From the NCBI GenBank assembly GCA_011364965.1, contig RDOB01000004.1:461508-525507 (forward strand): 64,000 bases of DNA. Direction: 5' to 3'. The position numbers were made by a program, and so were the translations under genes. Source of the stretch: Candidatus Heimdallarchaeota archaeon (GTDB lineage: Archaea > Asgardarchaeota > Heimdallarchaeia > Hodarchaeales > Hodarchaeaceae). Below are positions 42,226 to 52,659 of this stretch, piece after piece; the stretch's first letter is position 1; each line of letters opens with the position of its first letter. The notes beneath the pieces were generated by a model. It ran no database searches and was not told the origin of the DNA. It saw nothing but the letters and a program-made list of their open reading frames with translations.

Positions 42226-42349
42226 ATAACTAAGGAGGAAAGATCCCAAAGGTAGGATTGGTAGTAACTACATATTTTATTTTCTAGGAAAATATTCGGT
42301 GACCGAACATTTTTATATCTCACTCTAGAAGATAAACCTATCCCTGTTT

Positions 42350-42724
42350 ATGAAGGAGTCACTCAGAATCGCACCTTATGACTTTATGAGTCGCTCGTTA
42401 ATGATTTATTTAGCATTAAGTACTATTAACCAAGAACCACAAAGCTCAGGTTATTCATTAATAAAGATCATAAAAACACGAACTAAAGGATTAATTGAGT
42501 TGAAAGTAGGTACCATCTATGCCCTGCTAGATGTGTTAGTTGATCAACGGCACCTCATACGAGATGAAATAGAAATTAAGAAGAAAACCAAAAAGGGATT
42601 CAAACGAATAACCGTTTTTACCATTACAGAAACGGGATTAAAAGAACTAGAGGCCTTAACGAAAGAATGGGGAAAATTTATTTTAAAAATAAAGAAATTT
42701 AGTGAGGAAAAGCATAATGATTGA
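42350..42724 (+). CDS. PadR-family transcriptional regulator
   Basis: SGYSLIK, GTIYALL, FTITETG...L...W..F. Confidence 0.85.
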   Translation: MKESLRIAPYDFMSRSLMIYLALSTINQEPQSSGYSLIKIIKTRTKGLIELKVGTIYALLDVLVDQRHLIRDEIEIKKKTKKGFKRITVFTITETGLKELEALTKEWGKFILKIKKFSEEKHND

Positions 42725-44396
42725 CGTTGAGTCCTTTTCAACACAGTTTTCGGATGATGCTTGGCCATTGTTCCAAGATTTCTTACACAACCTCTCTGTT
42801 TTACTGGAAAATAGCAATATTGAACTAAAAAAACGAGACAGAATATTAAAATCGCTACACGAATATGTGAGGGAATATCTCGATGAACAAGATGAACCAA
42901 AAGCCAATATCCAGTTAACAGAATCAATGCTACTAGAAATTGGGTCTCCAATGGATATTATCAACATTATAGAAGGAATTCCAAGGGATCAGGCTGGCTA
43001 TCAAGTTGAGATCACTCTAAAAAGGTCAGTTAAGCGATTATTCAAAGCTAGAGCTGTAATATTTGTATTTTTATTTTTCTATCTACTTTTCGGAATAGTT
43101 CAATATTTCCTTAATTTTCATGGAATATCAGCCCTAAATCAAGAAAGCTTCAGTTCTATCCTTTTTTATACGTTCATCAATCTCCGTGTGGTTTTAGCAG
43201 CTCTTTCTGCAGCTGGATTAATAGAATTGTTTATATTAATGCCATTTAAACAATCATTATCCGTACCAACACCATCTAGGATAAAATTACAACTTTTTCA
43301 AACCGAACTAGTTTTTCTATATCCCCTTAGCCTTCTGGGGTTATTATGGATGGTAGCTGGACTATTCAGTGTCTCTCTCCTTTTTGAACGGAACGAGGAA
43401 CTCAATAACAAGTTTAATACTCTATTATTATTACTTTTTGTCTTGCTAGTCCTTTTAGCCTTCACTTTTTACCTTTGGAATTATTCTAATCGACCCCATT
43501 CAATTACTTACTTTCAACTAATAGGTCTCGCAGAAGTCATTCAAAACTACACAAAAACAAGGTGGAAAAAGCGTCTCTTAACATTCATTGGGCTAATAAT
43601 GTTAATTTTCCTAGATGGGATGTATTATGGCTGGAATGATCTTTTTGGCATTTCTACTCCCCCTGAACGGGAATACGTCTCATGGATACTTGTACTGATT
43701 GCCCTAATCGTGGGTACATACCCCTTAATTAGAGATATGTACTATTATTCATGGGTGAACCTTTCAAAATTTCTTTTAACCATGAATTACGGACCGTTAG
43801 AAGTAAAGAAGATCGAAAAAGCGTATTATTACCATCCAGTAGATATTCTCATAGACACCTTTTCCTCTCTCAGCCTAATATTCCACTGGTTTCTAATGAA
43901 CCTCACTGTGTTTGTCAGGGAACAAATTTATCAAATTACCAGCTTAATGATTTTAGGGTGGTTGGTAGGTTATATAATCTTGGCTATTCTTATTACTACA
44001 TTGATTCAACCCAATCTTAACATAAAAAAGCCATTGAAAGAATATTTCCTTAGATTTTTAATGATCACATCTACTGCAGGTTGTTCCACGATAATGTTAC
44101 TTATCCAAACTGACTTTTTCATGAAATCTCTTCTGCAGTTTTTGTTGATAGTAGGTCTTACATTTTTAATTATTCTTTATCATAAACGACCAGTCATTAA
44201 GAGTTATCCCAAATCCTATAGAATAATTTCTTTCTTCTATATGATGTATTTTATGGCAGGATTTTACAAGGAGTCCATTTTTTATCATGAACTGCTGTTT
44301 GGAATCTTTCCCCTCTTCATTATTCCATTCTTCTTCTTGGTTCTGACCTTTATATTTTTGAACAAGAAGTATCCTGAAAAATTTCAGAGAGATTAA
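42702..44396 (+). CDS. Multi-pass membrane protein with HAAS-like N-domain (PadR partner)
   Basis: LLEIGSPMDI motif followed by many TM helices; overlaps the padR stop. Confidence 0.72.
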   Translation: MRKSIMIDVESFSTQFSDDAWPLFQDFLHNLSVLLENSNIELKKRDRILKSLHEYVREYLDEQDEPKANIQLTESMLLEIGSPMDIINIIEGIPRDQAGYQVEITLKRSVKRLFKARAVIFVFLFFYLLFGIVQYFLNFHGISALNQESFSSILFYTFINLRVVLAALSAAGLIELFILMPFKQSLSVPTPSRIKLQLFQTELVFLYPLSLLGLLWMVAGLFSVSLLFERNEELNNKFNTLLLLLFVLLVLLAFTFYLWNYSNRPHSITYFQLIGLAEVIQNYTKTRWKKRLLTFIGLIMLIFLDGMYYGWNDLFGISTPPEREYVSWILVLIALIVGTYPLIRDMYYYSWVNLSKFLLTMNYGPLEVKKIEKAYYYHPVDILIDTFSSLSLIFHWFLMNLTVFVREQIYQITSLMILGWLVGYIILAILITTLIQPNLNIKKPLKEYFLRFLMITSTAGCSTIMLLIQTDFFMKSLLQFLLIVGLTFLIILYHKRPVIKSYPKSYRIISFFYMMYFMAGFYKESIFYHELLFGIFPLFIIPFFFLVLTFIFLNKKYPEKFQRD

Positions 44397-44454
44397 GTGA
44401 AACTAAAAAAGTCTAATAAAGCTCTAAAAACAAAAAAATACGATTTTTCTGCTC

Positions 44455-44595
44455 CAACGAACGTGCAGACATCAGACCATGAACCATTTTTGTAACCTAT
44501 CCAGAATACTGCTTCTATAAGTATCTCCCGAGGGATTTTCTCATCTAACTCAATTTCCACACTCTTTCCAAGAGTAGCCCTTCTGTGGTTAGAAA
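44455..44595 (-). repeat. 23S-3'-end/trailer repeat copy
   Basis: caacgaacgtgcagacatcagac...actgcttctat...cgagggattttc...tcaatttccacac...agtagcccttctgtggttag. Confidence 0.9.
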
Positions 44596-44624
44596 CTATC
44601 GTCAGAAAGATACCTTTAACAAGC

Positions 44625-45152
44625 TTATCGCGAAGGTAGCGCTTTTCGGGCGAGGGTAGAAAGAATGTCCTCGAAAATAACGGAATCTGTTTGAGGCAGT
44701 TCATAGTAAGCCATACCACTCGAATCCGCAAAAGCTTGGCCAGATTCAGTAGGAACAGCATCAGAGTCAGAAAGGATCCCAATCAATGCTTTAGGAATCT
44801 GAGGGTTAGAAGTATAGGTAAGAAAGGTATGAAAAAGACTCTGACTCTGCATAAATGATTCAGGACTGGCTTTATTAAAAAGAAAGAGAACTCCATAAGA
44901 AGATCCTTTCAAATGCTGTAAAGAATTCGGGAGTAAAGGAACCCAAAGATGCACTAGCATCAATTTAACATGAGTACGATCGAGGAGAATCTTTCGGGTG
45001 TCTATATCGATTTGGAAAGTCCTAAATCGATTCATTTTGGCTTTTGTAACTTTATACTGCATAAAAGACGAAATAAGGCCAAAAGTAATCTCAAGCTCCC
45101 CTAGCAGGACGATCTTCATTAAATACTCTTTTTCAGACATGAGAAGGCACAA
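44625..45152 (-). CDS. Rab-like pseudo-GTPase
   Basis: MKIVLLG, GVLFLFNK..PESF, IPKALIG, GQAFAD..GMAYYE. Confidence 0.75.
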   Translation of the reverse strand: MCLLMSEKEYLMKIVLLGELEITFGLISSFMQYKVTKAKMNRFRTFQIDIDTRKILLDRTHVKLMLVHLWVPLLPNSLQHLKGSSYGVLFLFNKASPESFMQSQSLFHTFLTYTSNPQIPKALIGILSDSDAVPTESGQAFADSSGMAYYELPQTDSVIFEDILSTLARKALPSR

Positions 45153-45164
45153 CTTCTCCTATTG

Positions 45165-45253
45165 AAAAAGTGAGAAGTATTCCAGTGAGGCTATATCTGG
45201 ATGAGAGTTGAAAGAGCTAGCCATTTCCCATAAGAACAATATGAGAGAAAACC
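45165..45253 (-). repeat. Second conserved non-coding element
   Basis: tgagagttgaaagagctagccatttcccataaga, directly upstream of the 45152 start. Confidence 0.65.
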
Positions 45254-45369
45254 TCATACTAGCAATATCTAGGCTATGTGGCCGCATAGCTTAGGTCTCG
45301 GGATATGGAAGGATGGCAAGAACTATATATCCCAGAGGTAGAAGAAAGCATAATCGATGAAGACTGCTT

Positions 45370-45984
45370 CTAGCATGAATCTAAAGCTTTTTCATGTAAT
45401 TTCTTAAATGATTCAGTTAGTGAGTCTTCATTCTTAATCAAGACTGCTTTAATCTTCTGTGCACATATTTCGGGAGTGTCTGTCGAAGTATCTACCGAAA
45501 GGTGGTAGCAAGTGTGTGTATGAACCACATGGTATTGAGCTTCCCCCATACCTGATTTTCTATCGTTTCGAAGTGTCTCTCTTCTTCTTAATTCAGCAAG
45601 ATTACATTGAACGCCCACAAAAAGGACTGGAAATCCACATAGAGTATTAAGACAATGAGCTACCATAAAACTTGATTCAAGGACATGCTCTACTATAACA
45701 TTAATTTCTGAATTCGATAACGCCACAATACAATTATGAAATCCAGTTAGTAATTTTAGCCACTGGATTTCTTTGTCCCGTAATTCTAGACCTTCGGGAA
45801 AAGAAATATTTTTCCGTACAGGAGGAGGAAAGAATCGTTTTGGGAGGGAAGTAAGATAAAAATTAAGAAAACAATCAATAGGAAATAATATGTAAGGCTC
45901 AGCCAGTATTTCCTGTAATTCTTTAGCAATTGTGCTTTTACCAGAACTAGAGGGACCATTTAAAAGAATAATTTTACCAGTCAA
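45370..45984 (-). CDS. Chloramphenicol phosphotransferase-like (CPT family) kinase
   Basis: IILLNGPSSSGKST, RRETLRNDRKSG, VDTS..TPEICA. Confidence 0.88.
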   Translation of the reverse strand: MTGKIILLNGPSSSGKSTIAKELQEILAEPYILFPIDCFLNFYLTSLPKRFFPPPVRKNISFPEGLELRDKEIQWLKLLTGFHNCIVALSNSEINVIVEHVLESSFMVAHCLNTLCGFPVLFVGVQCNLAELRRRETLRNDRKSGMGEAQYHVVHTHTCYHLSVDTSTDTPEICAQKIKAVLIKNEDSLTESFKKLHEKALDSC

Positions 45985-46081
45985 CCGATTTTAGCCTCCA
46001 CTAATAGAATTGGAAGATAAATTACACCGAGTTATAAGATAGTTTTAAAAAGACCTTCCCCCAGAGAATCTCGATTTCACC

Positions 46082-46600
46082 ATGACCATAGAGAATAAAA
46101 AAGGATATATCTTGAAGATCTGTGTGCTAGGGGAAAATACCGAACACAATCGGAGATTTAGTCGGTTAACAGCTACAGACACATTCGAGACCGATTATAT
46201 GTTAGAATTTGGAGTAGATATACCTACGAAGAAAATAACCATTGAGAAGAGGGCGGTAAAACTCATACTGGCAACAATTATGGGAGATGAATGGGATATT
46301 GAGTCACCTAGAGCTGCCTATTATCAGGAAGCCAGTGGTTGCTTGATATTATACGAAACCAAAAATCCTACGAGCTTAAAGCGCGCTGAAGACTATTATA
46401 GGGACTTCACTATGCATTCAAAAGGACCCCCCATACCGATTGCGTTGGTAGGAATCAGAACTTCCGAAAAGCAAAACGAATTAAATGCAGGGAAGCAACT
46501 CGCGGATCAATTAGGCGTGGGGTACTATGAAACCACCCTTTCGGATAAGCAGCAGGTAGAATTCATCCTCACCAACATGGCAGAGAAAGTCATCGCATAG
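46082..46600 (+). CDS. Rab-like pseudo-GTPase
   Basis: LKICVLGENTEHN, FGVDIPTKKI, YYQEASG, PIALVG. Confidence 0.8.
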   Translation: MTIENKKGYILKICVLGENTEHNRRFSRLTATDTFETDYMLEFGVDIPTKKITIEKRAVKLILATIMGDEWDIESPRAAYYQEASGCLILYETKNPTSLKRAEDYYRDFTMHSKGPPIPIALVGIRTSEKQNELNAGKQLADQLGVGYYETTLSDKQQVEFILTNMAEKVIA

Positions 46601-46953
46601 GAGCATTAATTTCAAAAAAAAGCTAACTGGTTATAATGAGATTAATGGAAAAAATCCTGTTTCCTGGAAGTAGACGAGAATAGCGATGTAAACTCCAAAA
46701 GTAATAATGACCAAAAGGAAGAGAGGCAAGTAATAATAAGCTGTAGGAATCACTTTCACTTCAATATGCAGATCTCCTCTGACCTTCTGACGTAAGCTAT
46801 TACGGGTCTTAAAGGCCCCCTCAAAACGGAAAATCTCATTATTCTTTGCGTTAAAAGGGATAAATATTCTGAAAGAATTCACCTAATATTAAGATTGTGA
46901 GAATTGAAACAAGTTATATTATCAGGTTTCCCTGCAAAAAACAAGAAATATCT

Positions 46954-47022
46954 CAACCAACGTACAGACATCAGATCAAGCGCCAATTATATAGCTTCTC
47001 CAAAATACTACTTCTATCGCTA
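46954..47022 (-). repeat. 23S-trailer repeat copy (partial)
   Basis: caaccaacgtacagacatcagatcaagcgccaatt...cttctatcgcta. Confidence 0.88.
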
Positions 47023-47067
47023 GATAGGTATTTCCTCTCGTAATATTTTCGATCATGCTTTTTTGTC

Positions 47068-47568
47068 TCACTTGTTCAGATATTTTCTCAATAAATGTTT
47101 AACCACAGTATCAAGCTCATTTCTATTCGTTAAAGTGCAATCAAAATAGGAACAATTGAGGAGTTGTTCAGTAAGTACTTGTGCCTCTTCCGTAGAGACC
47201 TCTTCAGAATCGGAAGTGATACCAACCAATACCATAGGAATAGCAGGCTCTGGAATATGTTTTCGGAATTCCTCGTACCGTTTGGAAATATTATTAAATG
47301 AAGTACGATCCTTTTTCTCAAAAAATATAATACAGGCTTTTGATCCTCTAAAATAACTTGCCATAGTTCTAGAAAATCTTGCTTGAGCTGAAATTCGGGT
47401 AAAAATTAACGAAATATTATGATTATCAAACCTGATCTTCATGGTATCCGTATCTAAACCTAATGTATCAAAAGAATCTTGAGACGACTTAGAATAAGTA
47501 TAAATGGCTACGAACTTTTTAGATACTTCAGAACTCCCAATTAAAGCAATTTTGAATGTGTTTTCCAT
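47068..47568 (-). CDS. Rab-like pseudo-GTPase
   Basis: FKIALIG, DTLGLD, SAQARFSRTMASYFRGSKA, PMVLVG. Confidence 0.8.
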   Translation of the reverse strand: MENTFKIALIGSSEVSKKFVAIYTYSKSSQDSFDTLGLDTDTMKIRFDNHNISLIFTRISAQARFSRTMASYFRGSKACIIFFEKKDRTSFNNISKRYEEFRKHIPEPAIPMVLVGITSDSEEVSTEEAQVLTEQLLNCSYFDCTLTNRNELDTVVKHLLRKYLNK

Positions 47569-47594
47569 TCACTAATCCCATTTTTATTTTGCTG

Positions 47595-47672
47595 TATGAA
47601 CAGTCATTCCTTAGAGTAAAAGCTCGAAATACAGATCATTTGGGAATATCCGAATGACAGTTGAAAGAGCTA
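47595..47672 (-). repeat. Second conserved non-coding element
   Basis: gtcattccttagagtaaaagctcgaaa...aatgacagttgaaagagcta; similar to 28411-28490. Confidence 0.65.
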
Positions 47673-48009
47673 GGAATACTCAATGCAGATGCAATAAGAA
47701 GGATTCCCCATACGCTCAGGAACAAAACTTTAATTGAAACCTTTATCAACCTTTAGATGTTGAATTTGGGTGGTATGAAAACACCAAAAAAGTACTAGAC
47801 TTTATGAAAATTCATAAATTAACTCGCATCTTAATTTTATCTGAAGGGATTATTTATTTTCAGCTTCTTTCATTAATCGAGAAATCTAGATAAGGACGAT
47901 GAATATTTGTAAATGTGAGACCAAATAACACAAGAGAAGTTACTCAACTAACCATTAATCCCCAGACACAACAAAATGTAATTGAGCTAGAATTCTGAAT
48001 AGGAGAAAT

Positions 48010-48666
48010 TCAAGAAAGGATAGCTTCAACGTGATAAGTCGGATGTATTTTTACCATAATTCCTGGAGCTAAAAGATCCCGAGGTATGTCTGGAGGAATT
48101 TGGGCGATAAAACTGCTTTCTTCTTTCTCAACCTTTACAATGGCACGATTTTCATCCACTAAACTTTGAATCACAGCGATAGGGGTTGGATAAGGGATTG
48201 ACGATTTGAAACGATTACGTTCCTTCTCCAATATTTGAAATTGTCTATGAAGTAACTGGTATTCAACTTCAAGAGCTCGAATCTTTCTTTCCAACGAGTG
48301 AAGAAACTCATCTTTCGAAGGAGTTTTCGACGGGGAAGGCATGGGGTTTCTAGGAAGACTTTGAAGAAGAGAATCGATTTTTCTGACTACTGGAATACAC
48401 TCCAAGAAATTATTTTTGGTAGCTTCCTGCATGAGAAAATTAAGCCAGATTTTCGAAAGGTCTACTGAGGTTTCATATTCGCTACTAAAATTCTCACCTT
48501 CTATAAACGTACTAAATTCTCGACAATTGGAGTAAAATTCAAAAAGCGGAGGTAAATTCTCCTTGGGAAGAGAAGGATAAAGAGCTATAGTTGTTGTAAG
48601 AAGTAAATTGACTTCAGCTGTAATTCGTTTGATATAAGCTGCTTGACTCACCATACTTATCAACAC
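48010..48666 (-). CDS. Protein with a PAN-like coiled-coil plus OB domain, no AAA+ module
   Basis: Coiled coil followed by P.PIAVIQSLVDENRAIVK...LLAPG..V.I....VEAIL. Confidence 0.65.
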   Translation of the reverse strand: MLISMVSQAAYIKRITAEVNLLLTTTIALYPSLPKENLPPLFEFYSNCREFSTFIEGENFSSEYETSVDLSKIWLNFLMQEATKNNFLECIPVVRKIDSLLQSLPRNPMPSPSKTPSKDEFLHSLERKIRALEVEYQLLHRQFQILEKERNRFKSSIPYPTPIAVIQSLVDENRAIVKVEKEESSFIAQIPPDIPRDLLAPGIMVKIHPTYHVEAILS

Positions 48667-48880
48667 AAAGATAATATGTTTTAAGACCCTGAAATTTATT
48701 ATGACTACGTTGTCTTTGGAGATTTCGTCTAAATCGTAGTTCTTGAGAAGAGGGGAGGAAGGGGGGATGAATCGAAAGGAAAAAGGCTAGAGAGATCGAT
48801 AGAATACTCTGGGGCTGAGAAAAGGTCATTCAAAGCAGTAAAAAAGTTTAAATAGGATAATATTCAATCTCTTAACTACA

Positions 48881-49153
48881 ATGTCATGTACAGCAAAGTT
48901 ACATATGCAATTAGAGCCACAGTTGCTTTCGACAAAATATGGATGGCCACAAGAAGAGCTCAAACTGGAAATTCCGGTTGAATGTCCAGATTATAAAGGA
49001 AATTGTGAATCATCAGGTATTTGGGGATATTTTAAAACCTCTATGGGAGAGGTTCGCTGTTATTAATGCTATATTTGTGGAAGAGCCTTTAATCCTGCAA
49101 AAATTCCTTTTTGGAATAAAAAAATACAGAACAAAATCACTAAAATATTTAGC
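48881..49153 (+). pseudogene. Transposase-like N-terminal Zn-ribbon fragment
   Basis: CP....CES.GIWGYFKT..GEVRCY*CYICGRAFNP; runs into the repeat copy at 49154. Confidence 0.5.
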
Positions 49154-49259
49154 CAACCAACGTACAGACATCAGATCACGCGCCAATTCTATTGTTTCTC
49201 CAGAACACTGCTTCTACCGCTACCTGACGAGGAACCATCTCAATTTCCACACAGTTAGC
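49154..49259 (-). repeat. 23S-trailer repeat copy
   Basis: caaccaacgtacagacatcagatcacgcgccaatt...cactgcttctaccgctacctgacgaggaaccatctcaatttccacacagttagc. Confidence 0.9.
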
Positions 49260-49333
49260 TTACTTTAGTTAGGATGAAGTCATAAGTGATATTAGTTCTC
49301 ATTTTAATATTGATTAATTTCCTCTTTACAATA

Positions 49334-50650
49334 TTAAAAGGTATAAATCATCCATTTATCTATAAAATCCTGCTCAGTATACCAAAGGCTTATATCACGG
49401 GCTTCATGTTCGATTTTCTCTCTAATTGTTACAAAATCGGAAGTTTGATATAGAATTTCCAGTGTATTTCTAAAAAATAGATATTCCTGCTGAGATAAAG
49501 CACGGTAAAGCTTATACGCAGAATCATATTGGGAAAATAGATTGATTAGTTCCTCAGATTCGGAATCTTGAATAATTTGAGATACTCTTGAAAAATCGGT
49601 GTTTTTTATCACTAGTGATTCGATATGGAAAATTCTAGGATCAAGCTGGCAAGTAAAAAAGTCATGAATTAGATTCCAATCAGGAACAGGAAGCTGAGTT
49701 GATTGAAACTGATTCTTAATATTATCAAGACGTTTACGGATTTCATTTACATAATATTGGTACTTACCGTCTATTTTCCAAAATTCAGTGGAATGAAGGG
49801 AAATCATCGGCCCAAATTCTGGATGAGTAAAGTCTAATCCTAAAATGAGTGCTTTATCATATTTTTTTCTTAAAGATACATATCTACTCTTGAAATCATT
49901 GTATCTATCAAGTAAAGAATGATCACCAAGTAAAAACCTTAAAGCTAGAGCCATATGATGTAGATATTGGGCTATTTCATTTGCATTAAGCTTAAACTGA
50001 GCATCAAGATCTTTGATTTGATATCTCGCTTTGAACCACAATCTAAGCTTGATTGACTCCTCAAGAGAACCAATTTCAGCTTGAAAGTGATTTTTCCACT
50101 GATCATGAGAAATGATTGAGAAAAATCTCCATACAATCTCTATATGTTCTCTTAATTGCTTTTTTTTCGAAGAAAAAAGATCATAAAAGATATAACTTGA
50201 AACTAAGAGGAATAAGAGGAATTTCAAGATATCAATTAATAATATCAATTCCGTTTGATAGATGATATTTAGAGGAATAAACATTGCAATAAAAAAGCCT
50301 ACTCCGATTAAAAAATTTCCCCAAAATTCGTCTTTATCCTTAGCTAAATACGAGGACTGAAAGACAGTTTGAATTGACAAATCTTTTGATGCAGTGAAGA
50401 AAGGAGGGACTTTTTCAGAACCAATAATCCATCTACTCACCCACTTCTCCGGACGAACGGTAAGAAAGGCCAGTGAAAGAAAAGATGATATCGTAAGGAG
50501 AAAAGAAATAAAAGAAGCAACAGCTGAAAGATCATCAAAACTTGGTTTAAAAACAAGAGTGGATATTAGTCCAGAGAAGAGAAACATCACAAAAAGATAT
50601 CCACCCATAGTCTTTCTGCTTTCATTTTGAAGAATTAGAGAAACAGACAT
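49334..50650 (-). CDS. Hypothetical protein with N-terminal TM helices
   Basis: 438 aa; about 4 TM followed by a helical soluble region. Confidence 0.65.
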   Translation of the reverse strand: MSVSLILQNESRKTMGGYLFVMFLFSGLISTLVFKPSFDDLSAVASFISFLLTISSFLSLAFLTVRPEKWVSRWIIGSEKVPPFFTASKDLSIQTVFQSSYLAKDKDEFWGNFLIGVGFFIAMFIPLNIIYQTELILLIDILKFLLFLLVSSYIFYDLFSSKKKQLREHIEIVWRFFSIISHDQWKNHFQAEIGSLEESIKLRLWFKARYQIKDLDAQFKLNANEIAQYLHHMALALRFLLGDHSLLDRYNDFKSRYVSLRKKYDKALILGLDFTHPEFGPMISLHSTEFWKIDGKYQYYVNEIRKRLDNIKNQFQSTQLPVPDWNLIHDFFTCQLDPRIFHIESLVIKNTDFSRVSQIIQDSESEELINLFSQYDSAYKLYRALSQQEYLFFRNTLEILYQTSDFVTIREKIEHEARDISLWYTEQDFIDKWMIYTF

Positions 50651-50851
50651 TAAATAATCCCTCTAACAATTCCTAGAGATTTATTCAAAAGTTTTATAGG
50701 ACTCATCATCTCCAAAGATGTTCTACTGAAAATCCTTTAATTAAACACGAAATGAAAAAAAATACGAGTGGGATTTTGAAACATCAGAACACAGAAAAAA
50801 GATTGTAGTTAGGAGTAATTACTCAAATTATGAAGAAATAAAGTTCTCAAA

Positions 50852-52150
50852 TTAAAGAAAACTAAACCAAATTGCTAAAATTTGACTAACGAAAGGAATA
50901 GCAAATAACAGGGTAATTAGAGATTTATTGAAAGGAAGAACATTTTCACTTTTTATTCGATTCAGACAATCAGTTAGAAAAATCAATTCAATAGTATTGA
51001 AATCTTCCTCTTCCTCACTTATATCTTTGTAGTAAAGATCTACACTTTGTATTATTCTTTTCAAAAGTAATTTTCTTAATCTATGATACTTAATCAACGG
51101 ATCTAATCCCAATTCCTTTGTATTGAAGAATAATAACACGAATAAAACCATAATAATTATTATGATTATAATTGATGCATAATTGGTAAATCCCTGGGCC
51201 TTGTATAGCAAATCAAATCCGAATGCTAAGAAAATACTATCTGTTAGGAGAACCCAATATAATTGAGGAAAATAATAAGGAAACAAGAAGTTCCAAATTT
51301 TCTTGATATCAGAATTATAAGGAATTGAAGAAATCTTGACTTCACTTCGTTTTATAATTCCTTTGAGAAGACTTCTCGATATAACCGGAATACCCAAATA
51401 CATTTTCCTTGTAAGAATCCAAGAGATATGAAAAGGATTTCGAACCTCGCTAGATTTGTGTAGAAAAATTAATTCTTTTCCAGAACAATATTCAACCAAC
51501 TTTTGCCTTTTCTCTGGAGGGTTGATCCAGATTATATATTGAATTACGATGATTTGGCCAAGGAAAGCTAAAGATGCAATTAATGTAATAACTCCAATCA
51601 GATTTGGCGTACTACCTTGTAAAAAAGCTTCAACTGATGATATGTTAATATTTATTATAAATGTACTAAAATTAAAGATCTGCATCTCCTCTAATGAAGC
51701 GATAATAAACGTAAAATATATAACTAGCGGAATTATATCAGATAAGCTAAATGATTGAGTAATACGGTTGATTTTTTCAACAAATTTGGATGATTGAGGA
51801 CCTTCTCTCTGTTTAGAATGGTACCTTACGAGAAATACGCTAGATATCCATACAATATAGAAAGAAAAGAATACGATAGAGATATAGACTAGCATTGATG
51901 GATATCGCCTTTCGAGCTCGGTTACTGTCCCATATATCGGGAAAAAGGATAAGATGAAGAAAACAAAGACAAAAATAAGGAATAGTCCTAGAACTCGGAA
52001 GGATCTATCATTTTTCTTGTCCTTATAGCGATCTGGATCGATTCTATCTAATTCATTCTCAGAGAATAAAATATCCAACTCGTTTTCCTCCCATTCTAGT
52101 TTAAGATCAAGCTCTGATACATCCATTCGGTATTTTTCCCATCGGTTCAT
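50852..52150 (-). CDS. Hypothetical multi-pass membrane protein
   Basis: 432 aa with about 7 TM. Confidence 0.65.
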   Translation of the reverse strand: MNRWEKYRMDVSELDLKLEWEENELDILFSENELDRIDPDRYKDKKNDRSFRVLGLFLIFVFVFFILSFFPIYGTVTELERRYPSMLVYISIVFFSFYIVWISSVFLVRYHSKQREGPQSSKFVEKINRITQSFSLSDIIPLVIYFTFIIASLEEMQIFNFSTFIININISSVEAFLQGSTPNLIGVITLIASLAFLGQIIVIQYIIWINPPEKRQKLVEYCSGKELIFLHKSSEVRNPFHISWILTRKMYLGIPVISRSLLKGIIKRSEVKISSIPYNSDIKKIWNFLFPYYFPQLYWVLLTDSIFLAFGFDLLYKAQGFTNYASIIIIIIIMVLFVLLFFNTKELGLDPLIKYHRLRKLLLKRIIQSVDLYYKDISEEEEDFNTIELIFLTDCLNRIKSENVLPFNKSLITLLFAIPFVSQILAIWFSFL

Positions 52151-52488
52151 TTTCTATCCTCCTAAAAATCATTAATTTTCTACATCATACTTATCTAGTC
52201 AGGTTTTCTTGATTTTCGCATTTTATATTATATTATTATTAGGGCGAAGATGTTGGTATTGGGCACAAATCATGACTTTTCTAACATGCTATAGGCATCA
52301 AATAATAATGAAAATATCTCATTTTTAAAAATAAAATTTGACATTATATGGTTATCTATTTCGGATAAGAAGAGGCAAATGAACAACCTATCACGTTAAG
52401 ATTCGATCTTTTAGGATAATATAAAAGGAAAAAGGTTTGAAATATTTTAGAAAATGATTCCAAGAAAGAAACAGTAATTTTTTTTTCC

Positions 52489-52618
52489 CAACGAACGTAC
52501 AGACATCAGAGTAATAACCAAAACTAGACTAGACCAACCAAGCTGGAACACCGCTTCTACAGCTACCTGATGAGGGACCATCTCAATTTCCAAACAGGCA
52601 ACATTCCCGCGCTGAGGT
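52489..52618 (-). repeat. 23S-3'-end/trailer repeat copy (degenerate tip)
   Basis: caacgaacgtacagacatcagag...ccgcttctacagctacctgatgagggaccatctcaatttcca. Confidence 0.88.
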
Positions 52619-52659
52619 AGAAAACAAAAATTTTTTTTTAAAATCTTGAAGCAATAAAA

